Notes under the pieces: model-generated
Seen by the model: only the letters and a program-made list of their open reading frames with translations
What the model was told of the DNA's origin: nothing
Databases searched by the model: none
Part shown: positions 25,405 through 37,956 of the stretch, piece by piece
How the letters are laid out: each line of letters starts with the position of its first letter
Position numbering within the stretch: the stretch's first letter is position 1
Position numbers and translations under genes: made by a program
Source of the DNA: Welwitschia mirabilis
Taxonomy: Eukaryota
NCBI GenBank assembly: GCA_051453625.1
Contig: JBOZIK010000001.1
Location: 34,506,093-34,552,934 of the forward strand
Length of the DNA stretch: 46,842 bases
Direction: 5' to 3'

Positions 25405-27280
25405 AAAATAGATTAATGCCGAGAAGGGTGTTCTACCCCCAGAAGCAAGACATCCAATAGTACACCATCAGGAAAAAGAGTGTCATCCCCTCTATTATGG
25501 GGATGACATAGGTGAATGATAGATATCAAACATCTATTTTAGAGAAGTAGGGAAATCTATAAAAAATCAGAAAACTAGAAAATGTAGATAAGCAATAATA
25601 AAAAGATAGCAACTTGAAGAATTAGCTTGAAAAACGATTACATGATGGATAACATCAAAGTGATAAAAGTGGAAAATGCACCAAAAGAGTAAGTACTACT
25701 TAAAGACACCTCAAATTTTCCTGGATGCATGAAAAGCTAGAACTCACCTAATCAAGAAAACCTATCAAAAAGAAACAATCATACTATCAAAAACATAACA
25801 AGAACTAGAAAATAATTAGATACATGATATGATGCTGAAAAAGTATGAAGAAATAACTTTGAAAATCCAACAAGATAACTAAAGAAAAATAAAATAAAAA
25901 TGGACAACTATAAACATGAATAATATTTCTTTATTACCCTAAATGCTAACCTAACAAATTCCCTTAGCAATAATCATAAAATTACTTGATTAATAATGCA
26001 TGACATAATGTAAAAATTTATAAAGTTTCACTCAATTAGGCAATTATTGATGTTGAGTATGCTAATGTTATCAAACAATGAATTATAAGATAAAAAGTTG
26101 TTAAAAGATAGAAGCTTAAGAGTTACCATGTTAAAACAAATACTAAAATCTAGAAAGTAGAGTGATCATGTAGAAGTACTAGAAATAAATAAAGAAAAGA
26201 GATTTTTTTTTTTCATGATGAGTGAAGTGAAACCATTGTTATAGGAGTAAGGACCCATATAGCATGGCTANNNNNNNNNNNNNNNNNNNNNNNNNNNNNN
26301 NNNNNNNNNNNNNNNNNNNNNNNNNNNNNNNNNNNNNNNNNNNNNNNNNNNNNNNNNNNNNNNNNNNNNNAAAATAGATTAACACCTAGAAAGGTATCCT
26401 ACATTCCTCCCCTCATTCCCACATGAGAAGTAAGACATCTTGGATTGCACCATCAAGAAAAAGAGAGTGTCATTCACTCTATTATGGAAACGACATAGGT
26501 AAATGATAGACATCAAATAGCTGTCTTAAAGAGACTGGTAAAGACAGAAAATATCAAAAAAAATAAGAAATATAAATAATCAATAAAAAGAAGATAATAA
26601 CTTGCAAAAATAAAGAATCAGCCTAAAAAAAAAATGAACGCATGAAGGAGAAGGGAAAGGAGATAGTAGAGGAAAATGCACCAAGGGAAATAAATACTAC
26701 TAAAAGACACCTTAAATATGTCCAAATGCATGAAAGACTAGAACTCATCTAATCAAGGAGACCTATAAAAGAGAAACAATCATCCCCTCAAAACATAACA
26801 AGAATTAGAAAATGATTAGGTTGATGATATGATGCAGAAAAAGTATGAAGAAATGACTTTGAAAAATTTAACAAACAACTAAGGAAAAATAAAATGAAAA
26901 TGGACAACTAGGAACATGAAGAATATTTCTTTATTGCTCTAAATGCTAACCTAACAAATTCCCTTAGCGACATTCATAAAATCACTTGATTAATAATGCA
27001 TGACATAATGTAAACATTCATAAAATTCTACTCAATTAGGTAATGATTATAATGATGTCGAGTATGCTAATGTTATCAATCAATCAATAAATGTTAAGAT
27101 AAAAATCTATTAAAAGACAAGAACTTATAATCTACCATATCAAAACAAATACTAAAATCTAGAAAGTAAAGTAATCATTTGGAAGTACTGAAAATAAATA
27201 AAGAAAAGCGATTTATTTTTCCATGATAAGGGGAGTAAAACCATTATCAGAGGAGTAATGACCCACACAGCATGGCCAAC
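25405..27280. repeat. Diverged direct duplication (~870 bp) in the 3' non-coding region of D, on either side of a 100-N gap
   Basis: 25405-26270 aligns with 26371-~27277 with many substitutions and indels. Confidence 0.8.
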
Positions 27281-27796
27281 TGACCCCTCAGTGGAGTTTT
27301 TACAGCTATCATATTGCATTGTCAAAGGTCACTCTTAGAAATATTTACCCTAATACACTTGCAGTAGGACATTATGATTACCATGTTTGTAAAAATATAA
27401 CATAAAAGAGTATGGTAGTTATTTTTCTTTTATTTTGTCTTCTTTTTGGCTTTCTTTCTTTCTCATTCCACATGATCAAATACCTATAAGAATAAAAGTG
27501 AAGAAATGAGATAAGTAGCAAAGTAAAATCTTGCAAAAACAACTAATTACTCACATCATTAAAATACAACAAAATAATTAAGGAATCTTTCTTATAAAAG
27601 AAGTCCATATAAATGTCTAAAAATTGGATTGAGCCAATTTTATCATTGTAAATGCCTAAGTAAAATATTACTTATTATGGAAACTTTATAAGTAAATACA
27701 TATATAAAGTTAAAGATCTTCAAGTGATAACATGATGTTGACAAAAGGAATGAATTAAGAAATAATTGAGATAATGACAAAAGAAAGGTCCTCATA

Positions 27797-29100
27797 TTAA
27801 AGAGGAGCTTTCAAAATAAGAGCTTCTATCATGTTCAAGGTTTTATCAAGAGACGACTCATAAAGTTTTAACCGTTATCCATTAATGTTTTAGATTTCTC
27901 TAATGTTTAAATTGGAGATTTCAACTAAGCCATTTGAGTGTATGTTTTTGATAAGATAAGGACCTAGCCATTTAGAAGTTAACTTGTTGTGTAGAAGGTG
28001 TACTCGGATGTTATAAGACAAATTAGCTAGGTTTAAACTATTTATGAATAATCTTTTTATCATGTCTGAACTTGCCTTGAGTCTTATTAATGCATTTATG
28101 ACATAAGGCATGAGTCCATTTTTCATCCAAATGGTTGAGTTAGGCTAAATGAATCTTAATATTTTTATTCAAGTTAATGAGATTCAATTGATGAGTAGAA
28201 TGATAAGAATTATAGCAAACATCAACTAGTAAAATACACACTTTATCGTACATAAGTTCATAGGGTAAGAAACCTAGAGTTATGTCAAGTGGTATGGTAA
28301 GCCCAAAGAACATCATTAAGTTTAGAGGACCAAGTCTTCTTATTAATAGAGACTAATTTTTGAAGCATTTTCTTGATCTCTCTATTTGCATTTTTAGCTT
28401 ATCCATTGGTTTGAGGGTAATAGGTATAAGTGATTCTATGTTTAACACCAAAGGATAGGAGAAGTTTTTGGAAGAGGTAATTAATGAAGTGTATTTCTTG
28501 ATTACTAATGATAATGCATGGAAAACCAAATTGTTGAAAAATGTAAGTTTGAAAAAAATTGCAAATAGTTCAGGCATCATTTTTCGTGGTTAGAGCTACT
28601 TCAACTCACTTAGTAACATAATCCACATATACTAAGATATAAGTTTTCTTATTGGAAGGTGGTAAAATTGGATCTATAAAGTTAATTCCTTAATAATCAA
28701 AAGGTTCACATTCAAGTATAGATTTGAGGGGCATATTATGAGCACAAGTGAGGCTACCATAACATTAACAAGCATTGCACTTTCGAGAAAATTTAAATGA
28801 ATCCTTAAAAGGAGTGAATTAATAAAAAATAGAGCAAAGAATTCTTATGACAGTCTTTGGCCACTAAAGTATCCCTTACAAACTCCATCATGACAAAGTT
28901 TTAAAATTTTTAATGTTTGCCATTCAAGTACACATTTATACATAATTTGATCTTTGCAACATCTATAAAGATGAGGCTCATTCCACTCATAGTCACTGTT
29001 CCTATGGAGAAAATTTTTTGGTTGATTATGGTTCCAATGCTGAGGAGTTTTCATAGTCACTAGGTAATTTACGATTTTAACATACCAAGGAGTAGTATGA
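27797..29100 (-). pseudogene. Integrase (element D)
   Basis: PWY..I..YL, then YEWNEPHLYRCCKDQI..LKLCHDGVCKGYFSGQR (Athila-type zinc-binding region), CEPFDY*GINFIDP core start, and KLTSKWLGPY. No chromodomain seen. Confidence 0.92.
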
Positions 29101-29149
29101 GAAGAATAAATAGCATAAAGTTATTTAATTACAAAGAGTTACTCGTCTG

Positions 29150-29600
29150 GAAAGGAGTCATTAATAGGAGTTTTATCAAGGGAGCAAGTAAGTAAAGAAA
29201 GATGGTTGGTAATGCTATTATGTCTTCCAACCTCATCAATGATGTTAAGATTAAATTCTTACATTAAAAGGATTCATCTACTAAGTATGATATTCAAATC
29301 TTTTTTAGTCATAAGATAGCAGATAGATACATTATCCATATAAACATTGATGTAAAAGCCTAAAAGATAGTGTTAAAGATGGTCTAAGTAAATGATGATA
29401 GCAAGCATTTCTCTCTTAGTGGTAGTATAATTAGATTAGACACTTGTCAAAGTTTTGCTAAGGTAAGATTTGTCAAAGTTTTGCTAAGGTAAGATATGAC
29501 TTTGAAACCATTCTCATATTTTTTGACTAAGAATCACCCTTATAGTAATGTTGCTTACATCACACATAAGTTCAAAATCTTTATTTTAATCATGATCCAT
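29150..29600 (-). pseudogene. RNase H (element D)
   Basis: DFELMCDVSN (cf. FELMCDASD) and NYTTTKREMLA; disrupted by a 26-bp tandem duplication at 29444-29495. Confidence 0.88.
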
Positions 29601-29699
29601 GAAAATATGTTTAAAAGAGATGTTTTTATTAAGAGTTTTAAAAGCAAGTCAGCATGAATTAGTCCATTCAAATTTAACATCTTTTTAAAGTAAAAAGTA

Positions 29700-30450
29700 G
29701 AGAGGTTTACAAGTTTTAACCAGCATGTCTAAAGAAAGATCTAACTTGTTTAATATTTGTTAGAGGATTAAGATTTTTAGTGATATCTACTTTTATGGAA
29801 TTCATCATAATCTATTCTTCTAAAATGTGATAACCTAAAGAAATTTCATGTTAGACAAGAAAGAAACTCTCTTCCCAGCTTAATTGTAAACCACTTTTAA
29901 TACATTGATCAAGGAATTTTTCTAATATTATAATAGTTTGTTTAAAAGTATCACTAAAGATAGAAAAATCATTCATAAAGATTTTAATAGAGTCTTCTAT
30001 CATGTTAGAAAAGATTCCCATCATGGCTCGTTAAAAGGTTCCAGAGGCATTACAAAGTCCAAAGGGCATTCGTTTGAAGGCAAAGATTCTAAAAGAAGAT
30101 GTGAAGGTAGTTTTGGCTTGGTCTTAACTTGCTATGTAGATTTCATTATAGCCACTATACCCATCAAGAAAAAAATAATATGCATGACCTTGGATTCTAT
30201 CAAGAACTTGATTAAGAAAGGGTAAAGAGCAATGATCATTTTTGATGACCTTAGTGAGTTTTCTAAAATCAATGCATATTCTCCATTTCTCTTCCTTCTT
30301 TAGCACTACTGTTAAAGTGTAACCAACTCACTATCAGCTATGACATAAATAATTCCAACATCCATAAATTTCATAATTCCATCTTTGACAATTTGTTTAA
30401 GGGCTAGATTTAGTCTTTTTTGGGGTTGCCTAATAGGTTTGGCATTGTCT
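29700..30450 (-). pseudogene. Reverse transcriptase (element D)
   Basis: WRICIDFRKL..DHCSLPFLNQVLDRIQGHAYYFFLDGYSGYNEI (30124-30306), FKRMPFGLCNA, and catalytic motif IFMNDFSIF (decayed FMDD, ~29968-29979), typical of Athila/Tat-group RT. Confidence 0.95.
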
Positions 30451-30949
30451 TCAAAATAGTTTTTATGTTATTATCAAAAGAGGAATGGCATCTAAGTATT
30501 TATATGTCTAAGAAAAGGCATTTTTCTTTGATTCTAAGAGTAAAGTCAAATCTGATTCTTATTAAGAAGTGAAAAGATCACTTATTATTAAGGGTTTTTT
30601 TTCATTTTTAGACAGAAATATGTATTTTAAACCTTAGAATAATTTCTTAATCTCATAAGTGTTTTGTTAGGCTATCATCCCATCTATCATGGGGATAACA
30701 GTCATGAAACAACACTCTTCAAAAAGCTTTTCTATTGAGTACATATGTTGGATTTCTTCCTCATCTTTAAAAACTTCATCCTCAGTCTCAAGATAGTTTA
30801 TTTCAGTTGGATTATCATATAAAGTTAGCTCTTGTAGCATAAATAATCTCTCTTCTATGGGTTGATGTTATATAAAAAAAGTTGATTTTAAGTCATCTTC
30901 AATGTTGAAATCAGTTATATGTTTTTCTCAGTAGAATCAAAAACTCTAA

Positions 30950-33826
30950 TGGTAATTTCTTTATTATCAAAGTGATATATCATCATTCTAGATTAGGTGT
31001 CAATGATACAATGAGAAGTACCACAAAAAGCTCTTCCTAGAAGTAGTGGATATCCTCCATCATGCTCTAATTCAATTATAAAAACATTAATGAATAAAAA
31101 GATTTCTTAATTTAGATAACTAGATCTTTGATAATCTCTAGAGGTTTTTTGATTGAGGTATCAGCTAACTCTAGGATGATAGGTGTAGGTTTAACTCTGC
31201 TTTCTAACCCAAATCTTTCACATATATGAAGAGGCATGATGTTTAAACTTGCACCTATGTCAATAAAAGCCTTTCTAGTTTGTTTGTTTCCTTCTAAAGT
31301 AATATTAATAGTTATAGCCCCAGGAACTTTGAATTTAGGACATTTCTTCATAACTAAGTTAGAAAGAGATTGGACAAGAAAAACTTTACTAGGAATGATA
31401 CATTTTTGATTTTTTCTCACTAAGTCATTTCATAACATAGAATATTTGGGGTTTTCTTACAAGAGTTTCCAAAAGGATAGGTTGATGTTGACTTCTTGCA
31501 TTAAGGCTTTTAGGTGTTCATCAAATATAGGATTCATGTTTAATCTATCAAGCTAAGGAGTGAATGGTTCCTTTCCTTCATTTTCTTTTAAATTATTTTA
31601 GTTGAGGCTTTAGTAAGTGATGTGAAAGGAAGGTTGTAAGAGTCTAATATTTCTATGTCATCTTCCTCATTTGCTTTGCCTTATTTAGAAGTTGAAACCT
31701 TATGGGTAGGAGGTGTTGTATCTTTTTCAATTCTTGTTATAATTTCTAGATCTCTCCTAACTTTATTTGGGTTGGGCATTGGTTGGAAAGAAAGGGACCC
31801 TTGTGGTCTTTGGTTGATAAGCATTATTTATTGAAGCACATTCACTAAGTTTTTAATGTTACTATTTGTTTTCTCTTATACTTTCCTCATTTCTTCAATG
31901 GATTCCCTAAGGGAATCATTCAGATTTTATTTAAAATTTGGTTGAAAGTTAGAATTATTGAATCTATTTTCAAATGGTTTATATTGAGATTACCCACCTG
32001 GTCTTTGTTGGAATTGTAGTTGGTTTTTAAACTAGGTGCTCTTTTATTGAGAGCATACACTTCCTCAGATATCTTTTCCTTACAAGTTGGAAATAAAGGA
32101 CATTCTTTGGTTCAGTGAAAGTCATCTTCACAAGTTCATAGTTTGAGGTTGAGGTTTTATTTCTTACTACTTTTGCATCAACTATCATTTGCGTATACTT
32201 CTTCAAAGTAGTAGTAAAATCTTTCATTAGATTAGTTGAATCCTCCCTTTCTTCTTCCTTATNNNNNNNNNNNNNNNNNNNNNNNNNNNNNNNNNNNNNN
32301 NNNNNNNNNNNNNNNNNNNNNNNNNNNNNNNNNNNNNNNNNNNNNNNNNNNNNNNNNNNNNNTAAAAGTATAATTTATGTTCAATTTATTAAGCCATAGA
32401 GTGGATGGTTTATTCTCTTTATTTTCTTTTGAATTATGTTTAGTGGAGGATTTATTAGGTGATGTGAAAATAAGGTTATAAGAGTCTAATATTTCTACAT
32501 CATCTTCCTCATTTACTTCATTTTGTTTAGAAGTTGAATCCTTATGGTTAGGAGGTGTTGTATCATTTTACTTCTTATTATAATTTTTAGATCTCTCCTA
32601 ACTTCATTTGGGTTGGACATTGGTTGGAAATCAAGAAACTCTTATTGCTATTAGTTTTTCCTTGTACTTTCCTCATTTCTTTAATGGATTCTCTAAGGGG
32701 ATCATTTAGAATTTGGTAAAAATTTTGTTAAAAGTTAGAATTATTGAATCTATTTTCAAATGATTTCCATTGAGATTGCCCACTTAGTATTTGTTGGAAT
32801 TACAGTTGGTTTTTAAAGTTGAATGCTTTTTAGTTGAAAGCACAAACTTCCTCAAACATCTTTTTCTTAAAAATTGGTAATAAAGAATATTCTTTTGTTG
32901 GGTGAGAGTCATCTTCACAAAGTTCATAGTTTGAGGTTAAGATTTCATTTCTTACTACTCTTGCATCAACTAGTATTTGAGTGTACTTCTTCAAAGTAGT
33001 AGTAAAATTTTTCATTAAGTTGATTGAATCTTCTCTTTCTTATTCCTTGGCATGCTTTACTTCTTTTAGATCTTTTAGAATTTCCCCTATAGTATTATTT
33101 TTTGTAATGGACCTAGGCTAAGTTTGACTTATTTCTATGAAATCCTTTAGCATACCTCATGCATCTTCTAAGTTCAAGTTCAACCAGTTACCTTCACAAA
33201 AAAAGTCTACAAGTTATTTTGTTTAAGCATTTAATCCATTATAAAAATAATCTATTAGCTCTTCTTTACAAAATTCATCAATAGAGTTGAAATGGCTAGC
33301 AATTATAAAACATTCATAAGTAGTTTTTAATAATATTTATGAGTTTGTCATTAGAAGTTGATTACCTCTTTTCTTCTCTTCCTTATAGTACTCTCACTCA
33401 AAAATATTTAATGAATACTTCTTGCACTTGACTCCAAGATTTAAGGCTCTTGTGTGGGATGGTTTTAAGCCAAACTTTTGCTCTTCTTCTAAGTATAACA
33501 GGGAAAATAATCATATAGGTTCAATCACTAATATGTTTTTTTCCATTTTCTGATGTAAGCATAAGTTGTTCTATGTCAGCTAGATGTTGAAAAGGATCTT
33601 CTTCTAGTTCCCTCGAAAAAGTGGGATAAGCACTTAAATTCCTTAATTCTACATTATCTCCAAGAGGTAAATCAAAATAATTTTCAATTTTACATTTTCT
33701 ATTAGCAATTAAATCCCTAAGAGTAATGTTCACATTCGAGGAAGAAGTTCCTATTACAATTAGAGCATTAGAAGAAGTAACTTGCTTTTGTTTTTGTGGT
33801 GCTTTCAAAACATTCAACATTTTCAA
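30950..33826 (-). pseudogene. gag and aspartic protease (element D), partly duplicated across the gap at 32263-32362
   Basis: ORF 31112-31420 KAFIDIGASLNIMP..LELADTS; YPLLLGRAFC; gag ORFs 32027-32227 and 32830-33015 are paralogous; gag N-terminus at 33521-33826. Confidence 0.9.
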
Positions 33827-34296
33827 AGAAATAATACGATTGTCTTCTACACTATAATTTTCCTTTACAAAATATAATTTTAAAATAATAAAAGCAGAAA
33901 AATCTTATTCTTTAATTTTAAAAATTTAAGTACCTAGGATGTGCATACCTAGATTTAGTTTAAAGTCAATTAATCCCTCTTTGATATTTTCTTCAATCAG
34001 GTTCTGTTCTCTCTAATATTTTATATTCTTACTAGAATTCACCATATCCCTGCATGCTCAAATAACTAATAAAATAGAGAAATCAAAACATTAGACTGTC
34101 ATCTATTTGGTTGTAGGGGCAACAAGCAAGATCATAATCACAGAGAATGAAAAATCCGAAATTATGAAAACTATATAAAAAATATTAAATGTCATCTAGA
34201 ACATCGTGCAGATGATAGGAAGAATGACAGTAATTTTATTTTATGGAAACAAAAATTCAAAAAATGCAAAATGCAAAAAAAAGTTTAGACTATCAT

Positions 34297-35533
34297 TGTA
34301 GTGATGCCAATTTGTAGGAATTTGATGGTATATTTGGAATACTTTTATCAGACATTTATATAGGTTTAGATGCAATTATGCTGATTATAGAGAAAGGATA
34401 AGATGATCATGAAAACATGTAACTCTTAATATAATTGGAGGTATATCAGGTATGTTCTGATATTTAGCATATTGAAGGAGGACTAAAGGTGAAGAAGACC
34501 AATTTTTACTACTTGAGGAGCTTGGAAAGAGTGTCATCCCCACTGTCATCCCCACGATAGAGGGGATGACAGTTCATTAACATAGCTACAAAGGAGTAGT
34601 ACCTGGGCGACACTCATCTTCTTTGTCGTCTGGACAACAGGAAGGATGACGGATGTGAGAATAATACATGCAGGTGACAACAGCACATGGTCATACAGTC
34701 CAAGGTGTCATCCCCTATGTCGTTTGGATGACAGTCAGGACGATAGCCTCAGTAACATACACGGGCAATCCACGGAGCTAACAGTATCACATGAGTACAC
34801 AACCTAAGGCAATAAGGTAGCGTCATCACCACTGTCATGTGGATGATGGACAGGACGACAACTATTTTTACACTATGGTAGTAAATTGCATTGTAACGAG
34901 TGCCAAATGAGCCATGTGAATGGCTAGGATTTCCTTAATGAACGTTTACGATTATGGTTCATTATAAAACTATAAATACCCCTTCCCTCCTTTACTGCTA
35001 ATCATCTTTTGTACTTAATATGCTTATGACGGAAGCTTGAAGGTATGAGATTCATCCCATGGCTGCAGAAAAGGGTTTCCTTGGTGTTATGCTGTGTCTC
35101 TTCCATTGAGGAGTTGTTATTCTGTTGTAAGTGGTTGTAATGTTCTTTTGACTAATACAATACTCTTTTCATTTCAATTCTATAAATGTCCCTTATGATT
35201 TAAGTTGGTCTTAGTTAGTGAAAAGCTATGATTAATTTAGATCATAAGGGTAACCTTTGTTAAGGTTGACCTTAGTTAATAGTAGGTTTGCATTGCATTT
35301 TCATTTTCATTTCCATATTTCATTCCATGTTCTACTTGATAGTCTTTGTGACAGAGAGGCTAAAAGATAGTCCTTGTGACAGAAGGATTAGGATCTAAGT
35401 AGAATCTCATCTTATTTCTATTTCCATTCACTTGCATTTTATATTCATTTATCTTGCATTGCATTTACTTTACTATTTACTTTTAGTTAAGTAAAAGAGA
35501 AAATACCAAAACTACCTTGGAAATCAATTCTCT
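34297..35533 (+). repeat. LTR of a D-related subfamily inserted in the opposite orientation; 3' end lost in a gap
   Basis: Starts tgtagtgatgccaatttg, TATA ctataaata at ~34970, similar to the reverse complement of the D LTRs. It interrupts a leader sequence whose uninterrupted paralog is at ~36340. Confidence 0.82.
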
Positions 35534-35633
35534 NNNNNNNNNNNNNNNNNNNNNNNNNNNNNNNNNNNNNNNNNNNNNNNNNNNNNNNNNNNNNNNNNNN
35601 NNNNNNNNNNNNNNNNNNNNNNNNNNNNNNNNN

Positions 35634-35875
35634 GTTAAATGTTGAAAAGGATCTTCCTCTGGTTCCCCTAAAAAATTTGAATAAGCACTTAAATTTCTTA
35701 ATTCTACATCTTCTCTAGGAGATAAATCAAAAGGATTTTGAATTTCATGTTTCCTATTAGCAATCAAATCACTAAGCATAACATTCACATTTGAAGAAGA
35801 AGTTCCTATTACGATTGAAGCATTAGAAGAAGCTACCTGCTTTTGTTTTTGTGATGCTTTCAAAATATTCAACAT
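35634..35875 (-). pseudogene. Second copy of the gag N-terminus
   Basis: MLNILKASQKQKQVASSNASIVIGTSSSNVNV..., paralog of 33521-33826. Confidence 0.85.
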
Positions 35876-36548
35876 TTTTTAAGAAATAATATGATTTCCT
35901 TCTACACTATACTTTTATTTTACAAAATTTTATTCTGAAAAAATAAAAGAAGAAAAATATTCTTTTTTAATTCTAGGAACTTGTGTACCTGGGTTATGCA
36001 TGCTTAGGTTAAGTTCAAAGTCTAATGATACTTCTCTAATATTTTCTTCAATCAGGTTTGATTCTCTCTGATATTTTGTTTTCTTACTAGTATTTACCAT
36101 ATTCCTACATGCGTAAACAACTAAAATAATGCCAAAATCAAATAGTAGACCATCATCTATTTAGTCATAAGAATGATAGGCAAGATGATGATCACAGTAA
36201 ATGAAAAATCTAAAATTACAGAAGCTATAGAAAAATGCAGAATATCATCCATCAGGTTATGCGGACAATAATAAGAATGACAAAGAATTTATTATACAAA
36301 AAGAAAATTTGAAAATGCAAAAATGAAAAAAAAAATTAGATTATCATCCTCTTAGGTTATGGGGACAACAGATAAGAGAATAAGTTATTTTAGGAAAAAC
36401 ATAGAAAAATTGTGAAAATTTGAGTTGCAGAAATAAACCTAATTTAACCTAAACTAGAAAAATATAATACTAATTCAAATAAATAACCTGAATAAAAGAT
36501 TCAAGGTACTTATCTGGTTAGTAATAATCCTTTTAGCTCCTTATAGTA

Positions 36549-36568
36549 TTCCCTGGAAATGGTGCCAA
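36549..36568 (-). promoter_or_regulatory. tRNA-Asp-type primer binding site of element D
   Basis: Minus strand reads ...ctacaaca|ttttggcaccatttccagggaa, matching the Athila PBS TGGCGCCGTTGCCGGGGA with CpG transitions. Confidence 0.8.
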
Positions 36569-36570
36569 AA

Positions 36571-37956
36571 TGTTGTAGAGTGAATTTATATAAACTAGAA
36601 ATCCTTTTGATAAACATGTAAATCAAGTAGCTTACAGAAAACACACTCTAGTATAGATGGAACTTAACTCAAATGTTGTAATCCAATAAAGGCACCACAC
36701 TTAGAGTTAGAGAATTGATTTATCAAAGTATTTTTAGTCTTTTATTTTATAAAAACTAAAATGAAATAAATAAGTAAATGCAATGTTGAATGGAAATAAA
36801 ATGCAAGTAAATAAAATGGAAATGGAGATGGAAATGGAAATAGAAGTAGAACCTACTTAGATCCTAGTCCTTCTATTACAAAGAGTACTTTTCTATAACT
36901 TATATCGATTAAGAAGAGTATCTACTAGTTTTTAAACAACATAAACTATGAGATCTTATCTAAATAAGAATATTTAATATGCGATATGAAATGGAATGAA
37001 GTACAATGCAAATCTACTACTATTAATCAAAGTTAATCTTGATAAAAGTTATCCTTATGATCTAAATAAATTATAGGTTATCACTTTAACTATAACTAAC
37101 TTAAACCATAAGGGACATTCACAATATTAAAATGAAAAAGGAAATTGTATTAATCCAAAGAGAAATCAGAAAAACATCCACTTATAATCAGAACAATAGC
37201 ACCTCAATGAAAGAGACATAGCCTCATACCAAGGAGACTTCTTTTTGCAGTATGGGATGGATCTCTTATCCTTGAATCCTCCATCACAAGTATCAAATAC
37301 AAAAAATGAATTAAAAATGAGGGACCAGAATGGTATTTATAGTTTTTTCCTTAAATATTTGAAGGTAAAATCCTAAAGGTGGAAAATAGAAATCCTAATG
37401 ATCCACATGGGTCATTTGACTCTATTTACAATGATTTTTATTATGAACATGTGAAAATAGTTTTTTTTCCAACTGTTATAAATATGATAGAGGGCACAAT
37501 GCCATCTAAACTGCTTAGGTTATGTGTCCATGTAATACTATCTACTCTGTAAGTTGTCCACGCATGTTACTGATGCCATTATCTTGTTCGTCATCCGGAT
37601 GATTGTTTGGATGATGCCCTGTCATCATGTGATCCATGTGCTGCTATTGATATAGCAAGCTCTATTCATATTAGTAGTCTAGTCATCCTAGGTGTCATGG
37701 AGACAACTGAGAGGATAATGATCTTCCTTTACTCCTTTCTCCAAGGTAGTTAGTCTTTTGCATTATAAAGTCCTTCTTTTAATTTTACAGTATCAGAACA
37801 AGCTTGAGAAACTGTCAAAAATGCTAAGTATTATATGTTTTTTTGATTATCCTATCAGATCTTCATAGTCGTCAATATAGCATCAAAACCTATATGAATT
37901 TTCTGCAAAAGTACTAAAAAAAAACCATTAAATTTCCACAAATTGACATCTCAATA
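36571..37956 (-). repeat. 5' LTR of element D
   Basis: tgttgtagagtgaattt...gacatctcaata; flanked by the PBS and the TSD. Confidence 0.92.

Larger units (their letters stand above)
23467..37956 (-). mobile_element. Element D: formerly autonomous Athila-like (non-chromovirus Ty3/Gypsy) LTR retrotransposon; interior probably composite
   Basis: LTR pair 23467-24833 / 36571-37956; identical TSD ATGAC at 23462-23466 and 37957-37961. PBS, gag-PR-RT-RH-IN order (Gypsy) and PPT present. Confidence 0.92.

Noticed and set aside
29938..30225. 95-aa plus-strand ORF
   Set aside because: Antisense shadow of the RT region on the minus strand.
34531..34862. Spaced palindromic repeats resembling a CRISPR array or MITE ends
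   Set aside because: Irregular spacing, degenerate copies, located within LTRs and UTRs of a eukaryotic retroelement; no cas genes, no individual TSDs.
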